This document shows positions 45,486-55,863 of a DNA stretch of 64,000 bases, piece after piece (the stretch's first letter is position 1; every line of letters starts with the position of its first letter). Position numbers and translations under genes: made by a program. A model generated the notes under the pieces. The model was not told where the DNA came from, did not search any database, and was given only the letters and a program-made list of their open reading frames with translations. The DNA comes from Aeriscardovia sp. (GTDB lineage Bacteria > Actinomycetota > Actinomycetes > Actinomycetales > Bifidobacteriaceae): assembly GCA_017965665.1 (NCBI GenBank), contig JAGCPN010000002.1, forward strand, positions 3,479 to 67,478. The letters run 5' to 3'.

Positions 45486-45557
45486 GTCCACCCCCCAAAA
45501 AAAGCAAAAAAGTTTTGCAATAGAGACTAACGCAAAACTTTCACAGTAATACAAATT

Positions 45558-46283
45558 TCAGGCCCGGGCCGGCCGCCCGGCCTTCCTTTCGGCGTTGAGC
45601 CTCTGCCTCTCCTCCTTGGGGATCGTGGAAATCGCGCTGTAGCGGGGGAGGGCCTTGTCGAGGCCGTAGAGGATGTAGCCCAAAATCAGAAAGCCTATCG
45701 TAAAGTAGATGATCATCTTGCCCATTTCGCCCCACCCGATCTTAGGGACGTCGACGAACCAGTAGGGGTAGGGGTTGTGGCTGCCGGGATCCACTCCGGC
45801 GTTCGGCCATATGGCGGCCCTTATCAAAATGAATGCGAACCAGCAGTAGGCGTAGAGGGGCCAGGTGAGGGGGAACCACCACTTGTAGCGCTTGTGGCGT
45901 TCGAAGAGGAAGAAATCCAAAGTAGCCATAATCGGCACCGTTATGTGGACCAGGGCGGTGTTGGGGATGAACCCGAAGGCCTTCCACTCGGTGGCGTAGT
46001 CAGGGGCCGGGAGGATGGTGTTGGCCACGACCCCCGTAATGATTATGCACAGGGTGACAATCCCCTTGAGCCAGGGCCACGGCCTGTACCCTTCGGTCAG
46101 AGTCGAGATCCCCTCCCAGATGAATACGATTGCGATCGCCAGGTTGCTCTGGAAGGTGAAGTAGCAGAACTCTTCCCACTGCCCCCCGACGTAGCCCTGG
46201 GATATTCCCCCCAGGGCGAAGAGGGCAACGAGGAACTCGAAAATGGCTATTAAGATTTTTCGTGTCATTCCATAAGTATACAT
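45558..46283 (-). CDS. Integral membrane protein (Pr6Pr-family-like)
   Basis: 241 aa with about 6 TM segments and a YFTFQSN motif. The family assignment is from memory only. Confidence 0.5.
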   Translation of the reverse strand: MYTYGMTRKILIAIFEFLVALFALGGISQGYVGGQWEEFCYFTFQSNLAIAIVFIWEGISTLTEGYRPWPWLKGIVTLCIIITGVVANTILPAPDYATEWKAFGFIPNTALVHITVPIMATLDFFLFERHKRYKWWFPLTWPLYAYCWFAFILIRAAIWPNAGVDPGSHNPYPYWFVDVPKIGWGEMGKMIIYFTIGFLILGYILYGLDKALPRYSAISTIPKEERQRLNAERKAGRPARA

Positions 46284-46334
46284 GAAATTTTAAGGTTAGC
46301 AGTTACTGCACTTATTCCTGTTAGACTGATCTGC

Positions 46335-47063
46335 ATGACAACAAATCATTCCGCCTCCCGAAGGCCCGACGGCCGGGAGCGCGACGAACTGAGGCCGTGC
46401 AAGATTTGGCCCCACTGGACAAATAACCCCGAGGGGTCGGTGCTGATAGAGTGCGGGGGCACGAGGGTCCTTTGCACGGCGTCCTGGGCGAACCGCATCC
46501 CCTCGTGGAGAAAATGCATGGGATGGGTGACGGCGGACTATTCCATGATCCCCCGGGCTACAGGGGAGCGCAACGCGAGGGAGGAGGGAACGGCAAAGAA
46601 CTCCAGAAGCCAGGAGATAAGCCGACTCATAGGCCGGTCCCTGCGCATGGCCGTAGATTTCAAAGCCATGGGAAATAATATGGTGTACATAGACTGCGAC
46701 GTCCTGCAGGCCGACGGGGGGACGAGGACGGCATCTGTGACCGGAGGCTGGCTCGCCCTCAGGGAGGCCGCCGACTGGGCGCTGGAAAGAGGGCTTGTCG
46801 AAGAGGACTTCATCCGCCACCAGATCTCGGCAGTTTCGGTCGGAGTTACGGAGGCAGGCGAAGTGCTGGACCTCGACTACACCGAAGACAGCAGGGCTTT
46901 CACGGATATGAACGTAGTGCAGACCGAGAGCGGGGAATTTGTGGAGATACAGGGAACCGGGGAGCGATCCCCCTTCTCTTCCTCCCAGCTTTCCTCCCTT
47001 CTCAGCCTGGCTTCCAAAGGCAATAAAGAGTTGAGGCAGAAACAGAGAGAGGCCGGAAAATGA
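46335..47063 (+). CDS. rph: Ribonuclease PH
   Basis: 242 aa reading RPDGRERDELRPCKI... and DCDVLQADGGTRTASVTG. Confidence 0.93.
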   Translation: MTTNHSASRRPDGRERDELRPCKIWPHWTNNPEGSVLIECGGTRVLCTASWANRIPSWRKCMGWVTADYSMIPRATGERNAREEGTAKNSRSQEISRLIGRSLRMAVDFKAMGNNMVYIDCDVLQADGGTRTASVTGGWLALREAADWALERGLVEEDFIRHQISAVSVGVTEAGEVLDLDYTEDSRAFTDMNVVQTESGEFVEIQGTGERSPFSSSQLSSLLSLASKGNKELRQKQREAGK

Positions 47064-48070
47064 GCGTTTTAGTTACGGGAGGGTGCGGATACATCGGATC
47101 CCACATCGTCAGGGCTTTAAAAGAGCAGGGCGAAGAGACCGTGATCGCAGACGATCTGAGTTACGGAAAGCCTGAGAGGGCGAAGGGCTCCAGGTTCTAC
47201 AAGATGGACGTGTGCGCACAGGGGGCCAAAGAGGATCTGGAAAGGATCATGGAAGAGTGCGCAGTTACCGCCGTAATCCACTGCGCGGCCAGAAAGCAGG
47301 TGGGAGAGAGCGTTGAAAAACCCATCTTCTACTACAGGCAGAACGTCGGGGGCTTTTTGAACGTGATTGAGGCCATGAAGGACGCGGGGGTCAAAAACAT
47401 GATCTTCTCCTCTTCCGCAGCAGTGTACGGAGAGCCGCCGGTGGACGTGGTGCCGGAGTTCGGGGTGGAGATGGTCCCCATAAACCCTTACGGGCAGACC
47501 AAGCTCTTCGGCGAATGGATGGGCAACGCCGTCGCTTCCGCCTTCGATCTGAATTTTTGCGCCCTGCGCTACTTCAATGTGGCCGGATGCGCGGGGCCCG
47601 ATCTCGCAGATCCTTCGGCCCTGAACCTCATTCCCATAGTTTTCGAGCGCCTCTCACAGTTCAAAGCTCCCGTGATCTTTGGAGATGACTACCCCACTCC
47701 CGACGGGACGTGCGTCAGAGACTACATACACGTAGAGGACCTCGCCTCCGCCCACATCTGCGCCTTGGAGTACCTGCGGCGCCCCGGAAAGAAGGAGTAC
47801 TCCGCCTTCAACGTGGGCACGGGCAAGGGCACGTCGGTGCGCGAAATCATAGATGCCATAAAGGAGACGACGGGGATAAAGTTTGAAGAAAAAGTGGAGG
47901 GGCGCAGGGCCGGCGATCCCCCCATGCTTATCGGCAACGCCGAACTGATAGGAAGGGTGATGGGATGGAAGAGCGAAAAGTCGCTTTCCGACATCATCTC
48001 TTCTGCCTGGCAGGCCTGGCAGGCGGGCCCCAAGAGGATTGACGTGGAAAACTGGAAGGAAAGGGCCTAG
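47060..48070 (+). CDS. galE: UDP-glucose 4-epimerase
   Basis: 336 aa with VTGGCGYIGSH, SSSAAVYG and YGQTK (YxxxK). ATGA overlap with rph. Confidence 0.92.
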   Translation: MSVLVTGGCGYIGSHIVRALKEQGEETVIADDLSYGKPERAKGSRFYKMDVCAQGAKEDLERIMEECAVTAVIHCAARKQVGESVEKPIFYYRQNVGGFLNVIEAMKDAGVKNMIFSSSAAVYGEPPVDVVPEFGVEMVPINPYGQTKLFGEWMGNAVASAFDLNFCALRYFNVAGCAGPDLADPSALNLIPIVFERLSQFKAPVIFGDDYPTPDGTCVRDYIHVEDLASAHICALEYLRRPGKKEYSAFNVGTGKGTSVREIIDAIKETTGIKFEEKVEGRRAGDPPMLIGNAELIGRVMGWKSEKSLSDIISSAWQAWQAGPKRIDVENWKERA

Positions 48071-48981
48071 TTTTTTCCCTTTTTGGCGCGGGAGTAAGAA
48101 GAGCAGGATTCTAGCTGCTTTCGGCGGGCCAGCTTCATCTGCTTTTTGAGCCACACCTGCTTTGCGGGGCTCACCCTCTTTTTTTCAAGCTGCTGCCTGT
48201 AGGCGGGGTACCACAGGTGCATTATGGGATAGAGCGAAGTGAAGACATACTCGGGGCGCGTAGTGCGGATATGGCCCGGGTGCGCCTCGAAAGTGTTTCT
48301 GAACCGGCGCATATAGGTCAGAAAATCCGATTTCGAATCCCCCATCCGCCTCGCGCTCATGCCCACGATCATTTTGGGGTTGTAGGCGGTCTTGAGGCCG
48401 TTGGCTATCAGGTGCAGGGAGATGTCGATATCTTCGTGAATCTCGTCTGCCAGGTCTTCGCACACTTCCCCTTTGATGGCGTTCCAGGCTTTGGCCCTGA
48501 GGGCCATGTTGGATCCGAACAGCAGCACCTTCCCCCCGTCGGCCTTGTAGACCCTCTTTCGTATCTGGTTGTCTCCGACCAGGCTGACCATCCTGGCCGG
48601 CATGTCGTAATAGGTGACGGGCCCCGTCAGGCCCATCACGGCCCTGTCGTGGGCGAAGGAGGCCGTCACGACTTCGACCCAGTGGGGATCCATCATGCAG
48701 TCGGCATCTATCCGCCCGAAGATGTCCCCGGTGGCATGGGCGAATCCGAAGTTGCGCGTGGGAATGAGCCCCTGCCTGTCGGGCTGCTCCAGAATTTTCA
48801 CATTGCAGTGCGGGTTTTGGGCGATGAACTTTCTGACTATTGTTTCAGTATTGTCCGTGGAGTTGTTGTTTACCACCAGTATCTCTTTGGCCGCCACGGT
48901 CTGGCGCGTGGCGCAGGTGAGGCATTCCGCTATCCGCTCTTCTTCGTTCCACGCGGGAATTATCACTGACACCGATAACAT
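48067..48981 (-). CDS. Glycosyltransferase family 2
   Basis: 304 aa with VSVIIPAWNEEERI and GRIDADC (DxD). Its stop overlaps the galE stop (CTAG). Confidence 0.8.
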   Translation of the reverse strand: MLSVSVIIPAWNEEERIAECLTCATRQTVAAKEILVVNNNSTDNTETIVRKFIAQNPHCNVKILEQPDRQGLIPTRNFGFAHATGDIFGRIDADCMMDPHWVEVVTASFAHDRAVMGLTGPVTYYDMPARMVSLVGDNQIRKRVYKADGGKVLLFGSNMALRAKAWNAIKGEVCEDLADEIHEDIDISLHLIANGLKTAYNPKMIVGMSARRMGDSKSDFLTYMRRFRNTFEAHPGHIRTTRPEYVFTSLYPIMHLWYPAYRQQLEKKRVSPAKQVWLKKQMKLARRKQLESCSSYSRAKKGKN

Positions 48982-49045
48982 ACTTATATGATAAGTTAAA
49001 CGGTGTTAAAGGGATATTTGGCCCCTTTCTGATGATTTTGGGCAG

Positions 49046-50497
49046 ATGGTGCAGGGAGAAGATCCGAAAAAAGACAGCGGGCGGCGGGAAGCGCCCGAAC
49101 CGGAAAAGCGCATAAACCTCGGCGAGGCGCTGGGAAAGAGGGACAGGCGCCATGCGCCTCCCTGGCTCCCTAGGGCCCTGGCCATGGTCATGGCCTTTGC
49201 GTTTTTGGCGGTGTTCCTTTGGAAAATCTGGGGGGACGTGCGCGGGATAGTGTGCGATCTCGTGGTGTGCCTGTTTTTGAGCCTCGCCATGGAGCCTGCC
49301 GTAAAGTGGCTGATCCGCCACGGCTGGAAGAGGGGACTGGCCGCTTTTTGCGTGTGGATCTTCGTCTTGGCGGTGGCGGGGGGATTTGTGTGGATCTTCG
49401 GCAGTCTCTTTGTCACCCAGGCCACCGACCTTGTCTCCTCCATCCCCAAGTTCTACCAGGAGCTGAGGGGGTACGTGGATGCGCGCACATCTTTCAAACT
49501 CCCGGAAATCAGGAATTTGGGCTCCTTCGTCCTAAAGCGCGCCCAGTCCTCATGGATCGGCAACTTCGCCTCGACCGCGGCGAGCGTCGCGGCGGGCGCC
49601 ACCCACGCGGCCATCTCCTTTATGATCATCCTCTTTGTGACCTACTACATCATGTCTTCGGGTCCCAAGATGCAAAGGAGCATATGTTCCTGCCTCAGGC
49701 CCTCCAGCCAGAAAAACTTCCTGATAGTGTGGACCGTGGTGCAGAACCAGGTGTCCAGCTTTCTGTCTTCGCGCATAATCCTGGCGGCGATTTCCAGCGT
49801 GTGCATGGCGATCTACATGCTGATAATGCACGTGCCCTACTGGCTCCCCCTCTGCCTCATGTACGCCCTGGTCTCGCAGTTCATCCCCATGGTCGGGGCC
49901 TTCATAGGCGCAATCCTCCCCCTGGTCATAGTCTGGACGGACCAGGGCTTTAAGTGGGCCCTCTTTTTGGCCATCTACATCCTCGTCTACCAGCAGGTCG
50001 AGAACATGATTCTGGCTCCCAAAATCCAGCAAAAGACCATGTCGGTGCATCCCGCCATAGGCCTGATAGCTGTCTTCGTGTTCGGCGAAGCCTTCGGAGT
50101 TCTCGGATCCTTTCTGGCCCTCCCCATCACGGCCAGCCTGGAGGTCGTGTTCGACGCCTACTTTATGCGCACCAGCCTTGTAGATTCGCCGCTTTTGAGC
50201 GACCCGGCGCCGGAGAAAAAATCCAAAATGGCCAGGGCGGCGGAGGATCTGGCAAAGAAGGTCTCCCCCCTCTCTTCCCGCTTTCCCAGGAGGGCCAAGG
50301 GGTCCACGAGGCGCGCCGCCTCCATCCGCGAGCAGCTCCGGGACGCCGGGATGGCCTACGAATCCTACAGACCCGACGAGGAATTGGATTCCAGCCGGAC
50401 GGTCGCAATGGTAAAAAGGGAGAAGCAGGACAGGCCGGAGGGCCTGGACAACCTCAAAAAAGACTCCCCCCGGACCCATTGGGAAGACAAGGAGTGA
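49046..50497 (+). CDS. AI-2E family transporter (UPF0118/PerM-like) with long C-terminal tail
   Basis: 483 aa with about 8 TM segments, the conserved VGAFIGAILP...IYILVYQQVENMILAPKI region and a hydrophilic tail of about 100 aa. Confidence 0.8.
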   Translation: MVQGEDPKKDSGRREAPEPEKRINLGEALGKRDRRHAPPWLPRALAMVMAFAFLAVFLWKIWGDVRGIVCDLVVCLFLSLAMEPAVKWLIRHGWKRGLAAFCVWIFVLAVAGGFVWIFGSLFVTQATDLVSSIPKFYQELRGYVDARTSFKLPEIRNLGSFVLKRAQSSWIGNFASTAASVAAGATHAAISFMIILFVTYYIMSSGPKMQRSICSCLRPSSQKNFLIVWTVVQNQVSSFLSSRIILAAISSVCMAIYMLIMHVPYWLPLCLMYALVSQFIPMVGAFIGAILPLVIVWTDQGFKWALFLAIYILVYQQVENMILAPKIQQKTMSVHPAIGLIAVFVFGEAFGVLGSFLALPITASLEVVFDAYFMRTSLVDSPLLSDPAPEKKSKMARAAEDLAKKVSPLSSRFPRRAKGSTRRAASIREQLRDAGMAYESYRPDEELDSSRTVAMVKREKQDRPEGLDNLKKDSPRTHWEDKE

Positions 50498-50498
50498 C

Positions 50499-51749
50499 AT
50501 GCCGATTTTGACTTTCCTGGACTGGACGCTGTCGCTGGTGGGCGGGGCAATGGTGGCCTACGAGGTCTTCTACCTGGTGATGGGGCTGTTTATAAAGGCC
50601 ATAGTCTTTCCCGACGCCCCTCAGGACAAGAGGTACGCCGTCCTCATCTCGGCCCGAAACGAGAGCGAAGTCATAGGACAGCTCATAGGCTCCATAAAGA
50701 AGAACGACTATCCGCAAAATCTCATAGACATCTGGCTGGTGGCCGACAACTGCACCGACGACACGGCCGAAGTGGCCAGGGGCCTGGGCGCCCGCGTGAT
50801 AGAGAGGGAGAACAAGGTGCAGGTCGGCAAGGGCTTCGCCCTCACCTACCTTTTGAACCGCATGGAGGAGGAGGGGTCGGCCGACGCCTATGACGCCTTC
50901 CTGGTGTTCGACGCCGACAACATCCTAGACTCCCGGTACTTTACCGAAATGAACAAGGCCTTCCACAAAGGGTTCCAGATCCTCACAAGTTACAGGAACT
51001 CCAAAAACCTCTCCGAAAACTGGGTCTCGGCCGGGGCGGCGCTCTGGTTCATAAGGGAGTCCAGGTTTTTGAACAACACCAGGATGTTTTTGGGATCCAG
51101 CTGCCACGTGGGGGGGACGGGCTTTCTGTTTTCCAGGGAAGTTATGAAGAAGAACGGGGGGTGGAAGTTTCACCTCCTTACCGAAGACATCGAGTTCACT
51201 TTGGATTCCATCCTCGAAGGCTACACCATAGGCTACTGCGGGACCGCCGTCCTCTACGACGAGCAGCCGGCCAGCTTTACCCAGAGCTGGAGGCAGAGGG
51301 TGAGGTGGAGCAAGGGGTTCCTGCAGGTCTTCCGGTACTACGCGCTCCCCCTTTTGCGCAAGATGTTTACGGACGCCGAGTTCGCCTCGGTGGACCTCAT
51401 GCTGATGGTGTGCCCGCTGACCGTGATGTGGTTTTTGAGGGAGGTTTTGGGGATAATTTTCGTCTGCTGCGGAATTGTGACCTGGCAGAGCCAGCTAATC
51501 TCGCTGGACAACTGGCTCTACGGGGTCGGATGGGGCATGGCCGGGATGATGGTGATAGCCGCCCTCACGGCCATTGCGGAGAGAAAGAGGATAGGGGCGA
51601 GCAACAAGGAGCTTTTGGCCTTCGTCCTCTCCTTCCCCATCTACGTCTTGAGCTACATCCCGATTTCCTTCCAGGCGCTCTTTGCCAAGAGCCAGTGGAA
51701 GCCCATAGTGCACCACAAGCAGCAGGAGCAGAATGCCCAGGGAAATTAA
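50499..51749 (+). CDS. Membrane-embedded processive glycosyltransferase family 2
   Basis: 416 aa with an N-terminal TM segment, ISARNESEV, FDADN, TEDIEFT, QRVRWSKG (QxxRW) and C-terminal TM segments. Confidence 0.8.
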   Translation: MPILTFLDWTLSLVGGAMVAYEVFYLVMGLFIKAIVFPDAPQDKRYAVLISARNESEVIGQLIGSIKKNDYPQNLIDIWLVADNCTDDTAEVARGLGARVIERENKVQVGKGFALTYLLNRMEEEGSADAYDAFLVFDADNILDSRYFTEMNKAFHKGFQILTSYRNSKNLSENWVSAGAALWFIRESRFLNNTRMFLGSSCHVGGTGFLFSREVMKKNGGWKFHLLTEDIEFTLDSILEGYTIGYCGTAVLYDEQPASFTQSWRQRVRWSKGFLQVFRYYALPLLRKMFTDAEFASVDLMLMVCPLTVMWFLREVLGIIFVCCGIVTWQSQLISLDNWLYGVGWGMAGMMVIAALTAIAERKRIGASNKELLAFVLSFPIYVLSYIPISFQALFAKSQWKPIVHHKQQEQNAQGN

Positions 51750-52743
51750 AAAGGCCGTGGGGGAAGTCGGGCGGTGCTTTAAGGAGGCAGGCCTGAAGCC
51801 CGGAGACCTCCTCCTTCTCGCCTGCTCGGGAGGGCGCGATTCTCTCGCTCTCGCCCTTTGCGCCCGCATCTGCGCCCGCTCCATGGGCCTCCTTCTTACA
51901 GGGATCGTGGTAGACCACGGAATGCAGGAGGGAAGCGGTAAGGTCGCGGCAAGGGCCGCAAAACAGCTCTTAAAAATGGGAATCCCGGCAAAGGTCGCAA
52001 AAATTTCCCTGGATCCTAGAGAGGAAAAAGAGAACGGGGAGGAGGCCGCGGCCAGGGAGGCCCGCCACGGGGCCCTGAAGAGGGAGGCGAAATCTGAGGG
52101 GGCCCGCGCCGTCCTCCTCGCCCACACCCTCACCGACCAGGCGGAGAGCGTGCTATTGGACGCCTGCAGGACCCCTTCCTCGTCGTCGTGGATCGGGATG
52201 GAGAAGGCGTGCCTTAGAGACGGCGTGCTCTACCTTCGCCCGCTTCTCAAGATCTCGCGCAGGGAGACGACGCAAATCTGCCGGGAAGCCGGAATTTCCT
52301 GGTGGGACGATCCCACCAACGGGCGCGAGGGGGAGGCCGGATCGGATCTGCCCCGCCGAAGCCGCATACGCTCCCTGGTCATGCCCGAACTCGAGGCCAT
52401 TTCGGGGGGAGGGGCGCAGGCCCATCTGGCGCAGTTTGCCTCCATGCACAGAGAGGACGAGGAATTTTTGGATTCTCTGGCCCGAAAGGCCCTCGGGGGG
52501 GCCTCTTTTTCTCTCCCCTTCTCCCTCCCCTCTTCCCTCCTCTCTTCCCTGCCCCGACCTGTGGAGAGGAGGTGCTGCAGGATCATCCTCAAAAATTTTC
52601 TGGACCGCCGGGCGGCCGTGGAAAGGCAGGTGGAGGCCTTCATAAATCTCCTCGACAAGGGGAGGGGGGAAATTTTCCTGGCCTCCTCCCTGCGCCTCTG
52701 CGTCAGCAGAGGGGAGGTGGTAATAAATTTATGCAATAATTGA
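51733..52743 (+). CDS. tilS: tRNA(Ile)-lysidine synthetase
   Basis: 336 aa with the PP-loop motif LACSGGRDSLAL. The tilS-hpt-ftsH order is conserved. Confidence 0.85.
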   Translation: MPREIKKAVGEVGRCFKEAGLKPGDLLLLACSGGRDSLALALCARICARSMGLLLTGIVVDHGMQEGSGKVAARAAKQLLKMGIPAKVAKISLDPREEKENGEEAAAREARHGALKREAKSEGARAVLLAHTLTDQAESVLLDACRTPSSSSWIGMEKACLRDGVLYLRPLLKISRRETTQICREAGISWWDDPTNGREGEAGSDLPRRSRIRSLVMPELEAISGGGAQAHLAQFASMHREDEEFLDSLARKALGGASFSLPFSLPSSLLSSLPRPVERRCCRIILKNFLDRRAAVERQVEAFINLLDKGRGEIFLASSLRLCVSRGEVVINLCNN

Positions 52744-52747
52744 TTTC

Positions 52748-53314
52748 ATGGAGATAGAGGATGTCAGAGATGATATCGAAAAAGTTTTGCTGACCAAAGA
52801 ACAGATTCAAAGGAAAATCAAGGATACCGCCCGCAGGGTAGATGAAGACTACGGCGGAAAGGACCTGGTGTTGGTAGGGGTCCTCAAGGGCGCGGTGAAC
52901 GTGATGACCGCGCTCATGAACTACATGCACACTACCTGCCCCATAGGCTTTATGAGCCTCTCCAGTTACGGGGAAGGGTTCGAATCGAGCGGACAGGTCA
53001 AAGTCCGCTCAGACCTCAATGTGGACGTCGAAGGCAAAGACGTCCTCATAGTCGAAGACATAGTGGATTCGGGAAACACCCTCCATTGGCTTATGGGCTA
53101 CCTTTCGAATGAGAAAAAGGCGAGGAGCGTGAACGTCTTCCCGCTTCTCAGCAAGCCTTCCCGCAGGCAGTGGGACATATACGTCAAGTATCCCGGATAT
53201 GAAATCGAAGATGAGTTCGTAATAGGGTTTGGTCTAGACTATAAAGAATGTTACCGCAACCTGGACGCCATAGCGGTTCTCAAGCCTTCCGTATACTCAC
53301 AGGAAAGGATGTGA
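52748..53314 (+). CDS. hpt: Hypoxanthine phosphoribosyltransferase
   Basis: 188 aa with the PRPP-binding motif VLIVEDIVDSGNTL. Confidence 0.92.
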   Translation: MEIEDVRDDIEKVLLTKEQIQRKIKDTARRVDEDYGGKDLVLVGVLKGAVNVMTALMNYMHTTCPIGFMSLSSYGEGFESSGQVKVRSDLNVDVEGKDVLIVEDIVDSGNTLHWLMGYLSNEKKARSVNVFPLLSKPSRRQWDIYVKYPGYEIEDEFVIGFGLDYKECYRNLDAIAVLKPSVYSQERM

Positions 53315-53317
53315 AAT

Positions 53318-55348
53318 TTGCCCTCTCCAAATTCAAGCAATGGAGGCCATAGGCGGTCTTTTTGGAGCCAGCCCTGGATATGGATTGCAAGCATACTGAT
53401 TCTCGCGTTTTTGCTGTTCGAGTTTTTGGGAGATCGCGGGGCTAAGACCATAAGCACCCAGGAGGGGCTGACCCTCCTAAAGCAGCAGGGCTCGGTGCAG
53501 GTGGATTCGGCCACCATCAACGGGCCTAAGCAGCTTGTCACCCTGCAGCTCGACAACAACTACGCCCCCACCATCGACGGCAAGGCCGTGAACTACGGCA
53601 AAGACGTCCAGTTCTACTACGTCCTGGCCCAGGGCTCCCAAGTGGCAGAGGCCGTGGAAAAGGCCACCAGCCGGAGCGGGTACAAGTACAACTCCATCGT
53701 CCCCAACAACAGCGTATGGAGCTACCTTTTAACTTCCCTCCTTCCCCTGATCATCCTCTTTTTGGTCTTCTGGTGGCTCATGAGCAAGCTCCAGAGCGGG
53801 GCCGGCGGGATTATGGGTATGGGCGGAAAGAAAAGCAACCGCCTTCCCAACTCCGAAATCCCCAAGACGAAGTTTACGGACGTGGCAGGGGAGCCTGCGG
53901 CAGTGCAGGAAGTGGAGGAGATCAAAGACTTCCTCAAAGATCCCGCCAAATACAGGAGGCTGGGCGCCAGGATCCCCAGGGGGGTCCTCCTCTACGGCCC
54001 CCCCGGAACCGGAAAGACCCTCCTGGCCAGGGCCATCGCGGGAGAGGCCGGGGTGCCCTTCTACGCCATGGCGGGCTCGGACTTTGTTGAAATGTTTGTG
54101 GGCCTGGGCGCATCCAGGGTGAGGGAGCTCTTTGACGAGGCCAAGAAGCACGCCCCCGCCATCATCTTCATAGACGAGATCGACGCCGTGGGCCGCAAGA
54201 GGGGATCGGGCATGACCGGCGGCCACGACGAGAGGGAGCAGACCCTAAACCAGCTGTTGGTCGAGATGGACGGCTTCAACAACGACACGGGGATTATCGT
54301 CATCGCCGCCACCAACAGGCCGGACGTTTTGGACAAGGCTCTGCTGCGCCCCGGGCGCTTTGACAGGCAGGTCGCTGTGGAGGCTCCCGACCTTCAGGGC
54401 AGGGAAGCCATTTTGAAGGTGCACGCCAAGGGCAAGCCCTTCGTCCCCAATATCGACCTGCACCTTATAGCCGTGAGGACCCCGGGCTTTACCGGGGCGG
54501 ACCTTGCAAACGTCTTAAACGAGGCGGCGCTTTTGACCGCCAGATCCAACGCCCAGCTGATAGACATGAGGGCGATAGACGAGGCCATAGACAGGGTCAT
54601 GGCGGGTCCCAGGCGCCAGTGGAAGGGCATGGCCCTAGACGAGCTGAGAAATACCGCCTACCACGAGAGCGGGCACGCCCTGGTGGCGGCCTGCATGCAT
54701 CACACCGATCCCGTGACGAAAGTCACCATCCTCCCCAGGGGCCGCGCCCTGGGCTACACCGCCGTAATGCCCCAAACCGACAGGTATTCGGAGACCCGCG
54801 ACGCCCTCCTCGACCAGATGGCCTACGCCATGGGCGGCAGGACCGCAGAGGAAATCGTCTTCCACGATCCGACCACCGGAGCCTCCAACGATATCGAGAA
54901 GGCCACCAACATAGCCCGGGCCATGGTGCTCCAGTACGGATTTAGCCAGAAGCTCGGGGCGATAAAGTGGGGAGACGAATCCGACAGCCAGGAATCTATG
55001 GAAGACATCCGCCCCCACCCCTTCTCCGAAAAGACGCAGGAAATCATCGACCAGGAAGTCCTCGCCCTGGTGGAAAACGCCCACACGGAGGCGTGGAGGG
55101 TCATCAACCAGAACAGGGCGATACTGGACGAAATGGTCAAAGAGCTCATGGACAAGGAAACTCTGGGGCCGGCCGACTTAAAGCGCCTCTTTGCAAACGT
55201 CGTCATGAGTCCGGAGAGGCCCCAGTGGCTTTCAAACCCTGCCCGCCCCGTCTCCGACATCCCCCCGGTCCCCATCCCCGCCAAGCTCGCCCACTCCATA
55301 GACACAATAGATACCCCCTCCCAGCCCAACGCCGAAGCGGGCAGATAG
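53318..55348 (+). CDS. ftsH: ATP-dependent zinc metalloprotease FtsH
   Basis: 676 aa with a TTG start, two TM segments, [13 protein letters not shown], the second region of homology and the HESGHAL zinc site. Confidence 0.95.
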   Translation: MPSPNSSNGGHRRSFWSQPWIWIASILILAFLLFEFLGDRGAKTISTQEGLTLLKQQGSVQVDSATINGPKQLVTLQLDNNYAPTIDGKAVNYGKDVQFYYVLAQGSQVAEAVEKATSRSGYKYNSIVPNNSVWSYLLTSLLPLIILFLVFWWLMSKLQSGAGGIMGMGGKKSNRLPNSEIPKTKFTDVAGEPAAVQEVEEIKDFLKDPAKYRRLGARIPRGVLLYGPPGTGKTLLARAIAGEAGVPFYAMAGSDFVEMFVGLGASRVRELFDEAKKHAPAIIFIDEIDAVGRKRGSGMTGGHDEREQTLNQLLVEMDGFNNDTGIIVIAATNRPDVLDKALLRPGRFDRQVAVEAPDLQGREAILKVHAKGKPFVPNIDLHLIAVRTPGFTGADLANVLNEAALLTARSNAQLIDMRAIDEAIDRVMAGPRRQWKGMALDELRNTAYHESGHALVAACMHHTDPVTKVTILPRGRALGYTAVMPQTDRYSETRDALLDQMAYAMGGRTAEEIVFHDPTTGASNDIEKATNIARAMVLQYGFSQKLGAIKWGDESDSQESMEDIRPHPFSEKTQEIIDQEVLALVENAHTEAWRVINQNRAILDEMVKELMDKETLGPADLKRLFANVVMSPERPQWLSNPARPVSDIPPVPIPAKLAHSIDTIDTPSQPNAEAGR

Positions 55349-55354
55349 GAGCTT

Positions 55355-55861
55355 ATGAAGGCCAGAAGGACCTCTTGGGCGGCCCTCGCCCTGGCCCTTA
55401 TAGCCGGGGCGGCCCTCGGATACGTTTTCGCCAGGTTCATAGGCCTGATGACAAATCTTCCCCTTTTGGGCACGACCTACGCGGCTTCGGCGATACTCCT
55501 GCTTTTGGGCGTGGCAGTCCTGATAATGGGACTCACGGTGAGGCGGTACGTGAAAGGGACCCTCAAGTACATGGATCCCGGAAGGGCCTTTCTCACCCTA
55601 GCCTCGGCCAAGGCCCTGGCCATAGGGGGATCGTTTCTCGCCGGATGGTTTGCAGGGCAGTTAATCGAGATAGCTTCCAAGGCTCAGGCTTCCTTCTTCA
55701 GGCACGCTTTGATTACCTGCGCAGTGGCGGCAGTTGTAAGCCTGCTGGATGCCGCGTGCGGGATCGCAGTTGAAAAGTGGTGCCAGCTTCCCCCTCCCGG
55801 CGGCAAAAAGGGCGAAAAAAAGAGCCCCCGGCAGACAGATCCGGGGGCACAGGCGGCCTAG
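55355..55861 (+). CDS. DUF3180-like membrane protein
   Basis: 168 aa with four TM segments. Sequence pattern and position match the small membrane protein that follows folK in the actinobacterial ftsH-fol cluster. Confidence 0.55.
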   Translation: MKARRTSWAALALALIAGAALGYVFARFIGLMTNLPLLGTTYAASAILLLLGVAVLIMGLTVRRYVKGTLKYMDPGRAFLTLASAKALAIGGSFLAGWFAGQLIEIASKAQASFFRHALITCAVAAVVSLLDAACGIAVEKWCQLPPPGGKKGEKKSPRQTDPGAQAA

Positions 55862-55863
55862 GC

